In this document: piece by piece, positions 1 to 6,810 of the stretch
How the letters are laid out: every line of letters starts with the position of its first letter
Position numbering within the stretch: the stretch's first letter is position 1
Origin: Silvanigrellaceae bacterium
GTDB taxonomy: Bacteria; Bdellovibrionota_B; Oligoflexia; Silvanigrellales; Silvanigrellaceae
DNA: 13,053 nucleotides
Direction: 5' to 3'
NCBI GenBank assembly: GCA_049423385.1
Contig: JBMSQQ010000094.1
Location: 1 to 13,053 of the forward strand
The notes under the pieces: generated by a model
The model's input: the letters and a program-made list of their open reading frames with translations, nothing else
What the model was told of the DNA's origin: nothing
Databases searched by the model: none
Made by a program: the position numbers and the translations under genes

Positions 1-452
1 GGGGGTTCGTTTACAATGTACAAATAATCTTTGTCGGAAGCAGTTTTTGGAACAATTTTCACTCCGGCAGCAGCCCAGAGCTGAATGGCTTCCTTCAGCT
101 CCGCACTGCAACAAAAATCTGCGGAAACCACGTATGGAACTCGCCCGTTTGGCCACAAATTTCCCGCCCTGAACAGCCCGAGTCCACCTTCCGACACGGC
201 GGATGATTCACGAATTTTGCTGACCGGGAATCGAACATCTCCGCCAATGACTGCATCTTCTCCTTCGATGGTGTAATGAACCTTGACCTCGCCCGCAGCG
301 GCATCAATGAAGCCTGATTTTTCCGAACTGGCGCCTTTTGCGTTTGAAATTCTTGCGGTACCGGAACTGCTACAGCCCGTTCCCAGGAATGCAAGTGCTC
401 CGCCCAGGACTGCTGCCGACAGAGTAAACTTCCAAACAAAGTTCAGCGTCAT
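1..452 (-). CDS. Astacin-like (peptidase M12A) zinc metalloprotease lipoprotein, N-terminal part; runs off the window's left edge
   Basis: Translated by hand, not in the ORF track. ATG at 452-450 follows CAGGAG. The frame is open to the edge: MTLNFVWKFTLSAAVLGGALAFLGTGC (lipobox), a pro-region with EDAVIGGDV, then LWPNGRVPYVVS...LKEAIQLW...KIVPKTASDKDYLYI, the typical start of an astacin domain. The HExxH motif would lie beyond the edge. Confidence 0.82.
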   Translation of the reverse strand, partial: MTLNFVWKFTLSAAVLGGALAFLGTGCSSSGTARISNAKGASSEKSGFIDAAAGEVKVHYTIEGEDAVIGGDVRFPVSKIRESSAVSEGGLGLFRAGNLWPNGRVPYVVSADFCCSAELKEAIQLWAAAGVKIVPKTASDKDYLYIVNEP

Positions 453-672
453 TCAAAGTCTCCTGTTTTTTAAAAATAATTCTTTTACTTTTTCGGATTT
501 TTTCGAAGAACTATTTAATTTTCGGAAAAAATCTCTTTAAATTGGTGACTTAGTCGCAGTGCATTCAGAACACAGCGAATCACAATAAACGGAAACGCAA
601 GATGAATGCTCAGGCCAGTCGCCCGAGGGATTACACAGAAAAAAAATAGGGCGATGTGATTGATCGATTTCT

Positions 673-1896
673 TCAAACACCCGAGGAAAGAACCGGATTC
701 TGCTCGGCTGTCTCCCAAGGAATATTGGGCCACCATTTGCTTTTCAGGGCGCTGGTGATTTTCCCGGGTTCGATGCTCTCACCCGGTTTTGGAAAAACCA
801 CTTCAACACCGGCCTTGCCTGCGGCAACCATCAACCTTTCAGCGGGTTCCGTCCAGTTGTGAGTTGAAAGATTGAACGTTGCCCAATGGATGGGAAGATA
901 CAGATTCCCACGCACGTCCTTGCAAGCCTGAATGGCCTGCTCGGGACCAATATGCACGTCTGGCCACGCAGGGCTGTATGCGGCGGACTCGATCGCAGCG
1001 ATGTCGAATGGACCATAGCGATTGCCGATCTCCTTGAAGCCAGGAAAATAGGCGGTGTCGCCACTGAAATAAAAACGTTTGCTGCTCCCAATGAAGGCCC
1101 AGCCACACCACAGCGTGCTGTTGCGATCGAAGGGAGTGCGTCCGGAAAAATGCCGAGCGGGAACACACGCGAGTTTCACGGAGCCGATTTGAACTTCTTC
1201 CCACCAGTCGAATTCGCGCACCCGTGAGTGGTGGATACCGTGTTCCTCGAGACGATCTGCAACGCCCAAGGGAACGATGAAAGGCACATCTGTCTTTGCC
1301 AGGAACTGCAACGTCTCGAGGCAATAGTGATCGTAGTGATCATGAGACAACACGACAGCATCGAGCTTCGGTATTTCAGAGAGCGGCAAAGGCGCCGGAA
1401 AAAAACGCTTGGGGCCTGCAAATGAAACCGGCGAAGCACGCTCGCCCCAAACTGGATCGGTGAGGAAGCGATGACCATCGATTTCGACCAACATCGAAGA
1501 ATGGCCGATCCATGTGACACGCAAACCGGAATCGGGTTTGACTTCGAAGTCGCTCCGCTTTCGCGCGACAGTTGGAATCGGACTCTCGGGCTTGGAATGA
1601 CTGCGATCAAAAATCTTTTTCAGAGCCAATGAGAAGTTGAGGGTTTCCGGAAGCGTGTTGCGAAATTTGCCATCGTGCCACTGCGGAGAAGACACTTTGC
1701 GCGCCAGCCTGGCCGCGCGTGCCGCCCGGATTGCGGCGTTGGCATCGGAGACTGCGCCAGCGCCAGAACCGGCAGGAGCTGCCAAGATTCGAAAGGGCCT
1801 CAAGAACGCAAACATGATGCCTGCTCCCACCATTTTCAGAGCATGGCGCCGAGTGTGCCGTGAAACCAGCCTGAACTTGTTTTTGTTGTTCATCAA
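673..1896 (-). CDS. MBL-fold metallo-hydrolase (NAPE-PLD/RomA-like, lactamase_B_2) with twin-arginine signal
   Basis: Motifs TWIGHSS, LTDPVW, SHDHYDH, PARHFSGR, SGDT, HIGPEQA and PIHWATF. N-terminal TRRHALK plus a hydrophobic stretch and ILA-AP is Tat-like. GAGG at 1909-1906; start is TTG 1896 or ATG 1893. Confidence 0.92.
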   Translation of the reverse strand: MMNNKNKFRLVSRHTRRHALKMVGAGIMFAFLRPFRILAAPAGSGAGAVSDANAAIRAARAARLARKVSSPQWHDGKFRNTLPETLNFSLALKKIFDRSHSKPESPIPTVARKRSDFEVKPDSGLRVTWIGHSSMLVEIDGHRFLTDPVWGERASPVSFAGPKRFFPAPLPLSEIPKLDAVVLSHDHYDHYCLETLQFLAKTDVPFIVPLGVADRLEEHGIHHSRVREFDWWEEVQIGSVKLACVPARHFSGRTPFDRNSTLWCGWAFIGSSKRFYFSGDTAYFPGFKEIGNRYGPFDIAAIESAAYSPAWPDVHIGPEQAIQACKDVRGNLYLPIHWATFNLSTHNWTEPAERLMVAAGKAGVEVVFPKPGESIEPGKITSALKSKWWPNIPWETAEQNPVLSSGV

Positions 1897-1912
1897 TGCA
1901 AGTCGCCTCGGC

Positions 1913-2383
1913 TCAGAAATGACTTTCCGAATTGCGCAGTTTCATGTTGGTCGCAACCAGTCGCTCGGTGATGATGGCCGACAGCTTGCGAAACACGACA
2001 AAGCCTATTTTCGGGTTGGCTTCAAAAAGGGCATTCAGTTTGGCTGTGTCTGCGACGAGGCACCGACAATCCACTTCAGCAGTTGCAGATGCAGCACGGC
2101 GTGGGATCCTGGTCAGCGAAAGCTCGCCTACACATTCGCCAGGACCGAACCTTGCCACGCTTGTGGAACCGCCGGCTCCCACCAGTGGAAGCTTGACTTC
2201 AACAATTCCGCTCTCAATCAACATGAGATTCGCTAAAACGTCGTCAAGCTTTATCAGGACGGATCCGGCAGGATAATCCTGCACCTGGAACAATGGGGCA
2301 AGCGTTGAACATTCTTCCGTGGAAAGTTCGGAAAACAGCGAAAAGCTGCGCAAATCCTTGCTTGTTGAATACACGAGCGACAT
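1913..2383 (-). CDS. Stand-alone cyclic-nucleotide-binding domain protein (no HTH)
   Basis: Pattern LFSELS...LIESGIVEV...GPGECVGELSL...RRAASA, with an intact phosphate-binding cassette. ATG 2383 follows AAGGGG (the ORF track extends to 2416). The stop is 16 bp upstream of the MBL gene, suggesting an operon. Confidence 0.88.
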   Translation of the reverse strand: MSLVYSTSKDLRSFSLFSELSTEECSTLAPLFQVQDYPAGSVLIKLDDVLANLMLIESGIVEVKLPLVGAGGSTSVARFGPGECVGELSLTRIPRRAASATAEVDCRCLVADTAKLNALFEANPKIGFVVFRKLSAIITERLVATNMKLRNSESHF

Positions 2384-2563
2384 GATTTCACCCCTTGATT
2401 CGGATTGATGTGTCATTTTACCCGCTCCCCGCGGGAACCCAACCTTTCAGTGCCAAAAAACGACGAGACTTGAGAACCAACCCCGGCGATTGTCGTAAGT
2501 ACATCCGATCTGTTAAAAATTTGCCAGATACTGCCAGGGCCGGGACATTCGGGAGACGAAGAA

Positions 2564-3079
2564 ATGAAGCTGATACTGATTTCAGGCGATGGCCAGGGAG
2601 CTGGAAGAACTTTTCTGGCAAACAAAATGACTGACAACAAATCTCAGATCTTCTCGATCGTGAACATCATTCGTCGGCAATTGGAGCAAAAATATCCAAG
2701 CTATGATTGGTACAACAAAAGTCCCGAATACAAGCTCAACACCATGGTTGGCAACACCCGCAAGACCATCATGCAGCATCTGGATGAACTCGGCCGCGGC
2801 CTGAAAAAAAATGATCCCTTGATTTGGGCACGGCAAATGGTCGAAATCCTTGAGTACGCCCGCGACAATGAAAAACACGACACCGTGGTTCTGGACGACA
2901 TCCGCTTTGTGGATGAATACTTGTTCATCAAGGAAAAACTGCACAAAGAAAATATTCTTCATTTCCACGTTTGCTGGGACAAGTCGAAGCCGGAACCAAA
3001 CTACGAGAATGACAAACTCAAGTTGTTGGCAGACTACCTCATGACGAGACAGTCGAAGTCATCAACCCAGACGAAGTGA
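2564..3079 (+). CDS. P-loop nucleoside-monophosphate-kinase-like protein (phage dNMP kinase / phosphomevalonate kinase-like)
   Basis: MKLILISGDGQGAGRTFLA (variant Walker A), R..MQHL..LGR..DPLIWA and VVLDDIRFVDE (the D-x-R-F-x-x-E motif of dNMP kinases). GGGAG lies upstream of the ATG. Confidence 0.65.
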   Translation: MKLILISGDGQGAGRTFLANKMTDNKSQIFSIVNIIRRQLEQKYPSYDWYNKSPEYKLNTMVGNTRKTIMQHLDELGRGLKKNDPLIWARQMVEILEYARDNEKHDTVVLDDIRFVDEYLFIKEKLHKENILHFHVCWDKSKPEPNYENDKLKLLADYLMTRQSKSSTQTK

Positions 3080-3839
3080 TTTTGGCAAGAAAAGACTGCA
3101 ACAATTCAGGCAACCCGGAATCGCTCCCGGCCGCGTCGGCAACCAGTCCGCTCACGGCGTCCTCGACACTGCCGCCGTCCACAAGAATTTCTGCAAGACG
3201 ATGCAATGGTGCAGGCACGGCGACCAGCGTGAATTCCAGCGGTGAAATCTTGGCAATCAAGGCACCGACCCTGTTTTCAAAAATTTCTTCCGGAATTCCC
3301 TTTGCAAATACTTCAGCAGAAAACTCCCATGCAGAAAAAAGATCATGTTGACCGGAAGCTGGAACATAGGCGGAGCAGCCAACAAGGTGGACTTCGGAGA
3401 GCGGTGTCGATGGAGTCGGAGCCACAGCAACAGGATCTTTGCCAGTCAGAACCTTCCACCTGAGCAATGAAACCTCCACAAGGTCAGCAAAAAGCAACGC
3501 TTCCCGGGTCATTTTTTGTGCGCGCAAAAAATCAGGCAGTCCGTTTGCCGCCTCTGTCAGAACAGAAGCCATTGGAGGGTGCTCCTTGAAATAGGCTGCC
3601 AACACCTGCTGAACGAATTCCTTTTCGAAAATCTTTTCGCAAGCTTCAAAAAGCGTGCTTGAAAGATTGGCGGTCACCCGACCAAGATAGCTGCCTTGAT
3701 AAGCCTCAAGACGATAAAGAAATTGTTCCATCACAACTTCTGCAACGGGAGAGTCGCTGCCACGCCGCTCGTCCAACGCGACAAGCCATTCAACAAAGTC
3801 TCGCTGATATTTGAAGGGATCCTGGCCTGCTTTCGTCAT
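3039..3839 (-). CDS. DUF2063-type MNIO partner protein (HvfC/BufC-like)
   Basis: N-terminal YQRDF...RLEAYQGSY..R...LSSTLF.....F...F......YFKEHPP......LPDFL.......DLVEV pattern. The start overlaps the DUF692 stop (ATGA, 3836-3839), indicating translational coupling. Confidence 0.82.
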   Translation of the reverse strand: MTKAGQDPFKYQRDFVEWLVALDERRGSDSPVAEVVMEQFLYRLEAYQGSYLGRVTANLSSTLFEACEKIFEKEFVQQVLAAYFKEHPPMASVLTEAANGLPDFLRAQKMTREALLFADLVEVSLLRWKVLTGKDPVAVAPTPSTPLSEVHLVGCSAYVPASGQHDLFSAWEFSAEVFAKGIPEEIFENRVGALIAKISPLEFTLVAVPAPLHRLAEILVDGGSVEDAVSGLVADAAGSDSGLPELLQSFLAKITSSGLMTSTVSS

Positions 3840-4660
3840 GACCGCTGCCCAATTGAGAGTTGTTCCTGAAGGGTGACAAGTGATGTATCCACATCATCAT
3901 TCTCAAGTACAATCGCGATTTCGCGATTGCCGGAAGATGACCTGGTATCGAATTTTCCAAGTGCAATTTTGAGCAAATTCCAAACTTCAGCGCAAACAGG
4001 GGCGTCGTGGGTGTCGAAAAGAAAATCATCCTTGACGGAATGCCCTGCGATATGAACCTGTGTCACATCGTCCAGATAATAACGATTCAGCTCAGCAAGT
4101 GGATCGAGACCGAAATTACGCGCACTCACGTAAACATTGTTAATATCAAGCAAGATTCCACACCCGGTGCGACGGGCGACCTCGCTGAGAAACTCACCCT
4201 CGGGAATTTCATCGTCTTGAAATGCAACGTAGGCCGAAACGTTTTCAAGCGAATAGCGACATCCCAAAAACTGCTGCACTTCATCCACGCGCTGGACGAC
4301 ATGCTCGAGCATCTTCTGGGAGCGCACCAGCGGAAGAAGCTCATAGCTCTGCAATCCACCCGACTGGGTGAAGCAAAGATGATCGGAGACGACCCTGGGA
4401 TGAAATCGCTCGCAGAGCTCCCGCAGGCCCGCGAGATACTTTTTCGACAACGGATCTTTCCCGCCAATATTCAGGCCAATTCCATGCAGAACAACCCAGG
4501 GAGCCCGGGCGGCAATTTGAGATGTGTGCCAAAGCGCAGGACCACCCGAATGATGGATAAGGTTGTCGGCCATCAATTCGAGGACAGGAACCTGATCCGA
4601 CTTATGCCAATCGGCAAAATGTGCAGGCCTGAGTCCCAACCCCCAATTCAAATCCACCAC
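3836..4660 (-). CDS. DUF692 family multinuclear non-heme iron-dependent oxidase (MNIO; HvfB/BufB-like)
   Basis: Motifs GLGLRPAH, ELMADN, HGIGLNIG, VSDHLCF, LENV, LLDINNVYV, HIAGH, DTH and LEND; the expected iron-ligand positions are present. Likely start is GTG 4660, 7 nt after AAGGAGAGG. The track's ATG 4696 lacks a properly spaced RBS. Confidence 0.93.
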   Translation of the reverse strand: MVDLNWGLGLRPAHFADWHKSDQVPVLELMADNLIHHSGGPALWHTSQIAARAPWVVLHGIGLNIGGKDPLSKKYLAGLRELCERFHPRVVSDHLCFTQSGGLQSYELLPLVRSQKMLEHVVQRVDEVQQFLGCRYSLENVSAYVAFQDDEIPEGEFLSEVARRTGCGILLDINNVYVSARNFGLDPLAELNRYYLDDVTQVHIAGHSVKDDFLFDTHDAPVCAEVWNLLKIALGKFDTRSSSGNREIAIVLENDDVDTSLVTLQEQLSIGQRS

Positions 4661-4681
4661 AATGCAGCCTCTCCTTGCCTC

Positions 4682-4709
4682 TTGAAAACCCTCCATCCTT
4701 AAATACGAT
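4682..4709 (+). promoter_or_regulatory. Candidate sigma70 promoter for the second MBL gene
   Basis: TTGAAA (4682-4687), 16 bp spacer, TACGAT (4704-4709), about 50 bp upstream of ATG 4760. Confidence 0.4.
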
Positions 4710-4759
4710 AGTAGCGGATTACAAGAGCTTAAAATTCATTTCGCGGAGCCGGAATTTCC

Positions 4760-5794
4760 ATGAAATTTATAACCATCTGGAATAAAGCAGTCTGTTTATG
4801 CGTTGCACTGGCAACGAGTCCGTCTGCCTTCGCCCAGGAAACCGTATTTGACAACGTCTATCCATTCCCGCAGAAGTCGTTCTGGACTGCAATGAAATTT
4901 CGCTGGAACCGGAAGCCCGCGGAATGGCCAAAGTCAGTTCCAGTCAAAGCCATGCCCACAACAGGGATGCCATTGAAGGGCAGCCAAGCCTCGCTGACAT
5001 GGATTGGACACTCGACATTTTTGATCGAATTTGAAAATTTGAGAGTCCTCACAGACCCCAACTATTCCGATACCGTTGGACCCGTTGCATGGCTGTCGCC
5101 AAAGCGAGTGGTTGCCCCCGGAATCTCGTTGGAAAAAACCCCGAAAGTTGACCTGATACTTCTCAGTCATGATCACTTTGACCACATGGATTTGCCCACC
5201 CTTGAATACTTTGCAAAACGCGACAACCCGATGATTGTCGCTGGCACAGGAAACAAACCACTCCTCGAGGAAACGGGATTCAAGAATATCGTCGAATTGG
5301 GTTGGTGGGACAAATACACAACCCGGGACGGAGTCGATATTACGTTTGTGCCGGCCCAGCATTGGTCGACGCGCACTCTCTTGAGCCGGAACACAACCTT
5401 GTGGGGCGGATTTTTTCTGCGGGCGAAAGGGAAAACCGTCTACTTTGTGGGTGACACCGGATACCATCCGAAACTCTTCAAGGAGATACGCGAAAAAGCA
5501 GGTTCCCCCGATTTTTCGCTCATTCCAATTGGTGCCTATTCACCACGCGACTTCATGAAGGATCAACACGTTGATCCAGCCGAGGCTGTCGACATTCACA
5601 AAGACGTCAAGTCTGGACAGAGCGTCGGAATGCACTGGGGAACTTTTCAATTGTCGGACGAGCCCATCAATGAACCCTGCCAACTTGTTGCAAGCGAATC
5701 GAAAATCAAATCACTGGGTCCGGTCGACTTCACATGCATGGAAATAGGCGAAACTCGAGCACTTTTCACTCCGGAGCTGCATGCAGAGAAATAG
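4760..5794 (+). CDS. MBL-fold metallo-hydrolase (NAPE-PLD/RomA-like) with Sec signal peptide
   Basis: Signal peptide ends AFA-QE. Motifs TWIGHST, LTDP, SHDHFDH, PAQHWSTR, GDTGY, PIGAY.PR, HVDPAEA and GMHWGTF. GGAG lies upstream. Confidence 0.93.
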   Translation: MKFITIWNKAVCLCVALATSPSAFAQETVFDNVYPFPQKSFWTAMKFRWNRKPAEWPKSVPVKAMPTTGMPLKGSQASLTWIGHSTFLIEFENLRVLTDPNYSDTVGPVAWLSPKRVVAPGISLEKTPKVDLILLSHDHFDHMDLPTLEYFAKRDNPMIVAGTGNKPLLEETGFKNIVELGWWDKYTTRDGVDITFVPAQHWSTRTLLSRNTTLWGGFFLRAKGKTVYFVGDTGYHPKLFKEIREKAGSPDFSLIPIGAYSPRDFMKDQHVDPAEAVDIHKDVKSGQSVGMHWGTFQLSDEPINEPCQLVASESKIKSLGPVDFTCMEIGETRALFTPELHAEK

Positions 5795-5928
5795 ACCAGA
5801 GATGTGCATATTTTTTATTTTTTTATTCTTGTAAAAAATATAAACATCTGTTTTTAAAGTGTTATTTAGTTAAATTAAATATGCTAAAAAATCCTCCGAA
5901 GAGTTGTATAACCAACAAGGAGGGCTCC

Positions 5929-6801
5929 ATGAATACAATCTTCAAAAAATGCTTCCTCATTCTCCCATTCGTTGCAGCAGCAGCTTGCAGCACAGCAGAT
6001 CCACAACCCATGATTTCCCCATTGCCCGAATCAGGCAAAACATCGGATGAGTCCTCAACACCCGCGCAAGACACTCCGAACCACTTTTACTCGTTTGTTC
6101 GCAGCAATCCGTCCGACCCGGATGGAATGAAGAAATTTGGCGCCGATCAGACAAGCAAGGTTCTTGCTGCAATCAAGAATTTGAATGGAAAAAAGTTTGC
6201 AACCGACGCAGAACTTGATCCGATGAAGATCAAAATCAGCACCATCAGGGAGAAACTTGCTGGTTATGCTTCGAACCTCAAGACCTCGGACACCTTCGTG
6301 ATGTACTCCCACTCACATGGCGTTGCTCCGGGCCTGGGTATCGACTGGGAAACACGGGACAAGCAGAAGGTTGCGTACAAGTGGGACGAGCTGGCCGACG
6401 CAATTGTGAAAATTCCTGCGAAGAATGTAATCATCTTCACGATGTCGTGCCACTCGGGATATCTTGCAGAGGCCATGAACAAGATCTCGAGCAAATGGCA
6501 AGGCCAACGCAAAACCAGTGGGCGCAACCTGATCATCCTGACTGCAGTTTCCACAGAACAGAAGTCAAAGGCGACTGACCAGGACACAAGTGCAGACGGC
6601 ATTGGAAATCCATTCAGTTACGCCGTGCGCCGTGCACTAGCTGGAAAGGCGGATGGATTTGTGGATGGTCAAAAAGACGGAAAAACAACCATGGATGAAT
6701 TGGTGAAGTACGTGCTTTCCACTGCAAAGGAAAAAAGCATGGATCAATATGCCGAGCCACAATTTGCCGGTGAGTACAATGAGAACGATGTGTTTCTGTG
6801 A
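5929..6801 (+). CDS. Caspase-like (clan CD, C14/C13-type) cysteine peptidase lipoprotein
   Basis: AAGGAGG (5917-5923) precedes ATG 5929; the track's 5734 start is an over-extension. Lipobox AAAAC at Cys20. Catalytic dyad motifs DTFVMYSHSHG (His130) and IIFTMSCHSG (Cys174), then IILTA, FSYAV..AL.GKAD, DGKTTMDEL..Y and a terminal EPQ. Confidence 0.8.
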   Translation: MNTIFKKCFLILPFVAAAACSTADPQPMISPLPESGKTSDESSTPAQDTPNHFYSFVRSNPSDPDGMKKFGADQTSKVLAAIKNLNGKKFATDAELDPMKIKISTIREKLAGYASNLKTSDTFVMYSHSHGVAPGLGIDWETRDKQKVAYKWDELADAIVKIPAKNVIIFTMSCHSGYLAEAMNKISSKWQGQRKTSGRNLIILTAVSTEQKSKATDQDTSADGIGNPFSYAVRRALAGKADGFVDGQKDGKTTMDELVKYVLSTAKEKSMDQYAEPQFAGEYNENDVFL

Positions 6802-6810
6802 GACGCTGGC

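Noticed and set aside
85..540. Track ORFs 85-276, 95-439 and 283-540
   Set aside because: Alternative frames of the astacin-like gene on the minus strand.
673..2383. Pycsar/CBASS-type defence or anti-defence reading of the cNMP and MBL genes
   Set aside because: There is no nucleotide cyclase, the CNB protein has no TIR or transmembrane effector, and the MBL is an exported NAPE-PLD-type enzyme.
2438..2457. TTGGCAC on the minus strand as a sigma54 promoter for the cNMP gene
   Set aside because: The -24 element is good, but there is no GC at the N10 spacing.
2413..2640. Small minus-strand ORFs (75 aa and 67 aa) as possible MNIO precursors
   Set aside because: They overlap the kinase start, have no signal peptide, at most one Cys and no repeat motif, and are separated from the MNIO operon by a convergent gene.
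4007..4702. 231-aa plus-strand ORF
   Set aside because: Antisense shadow of the DUF692 gene.
5734..5928. N-terminal extension of the caspase-like ORF
   Set aside because: It overlaps the MBL gene and crosses the AT-rich tract; the strong RBS and lipoprotein signal start at 5929.
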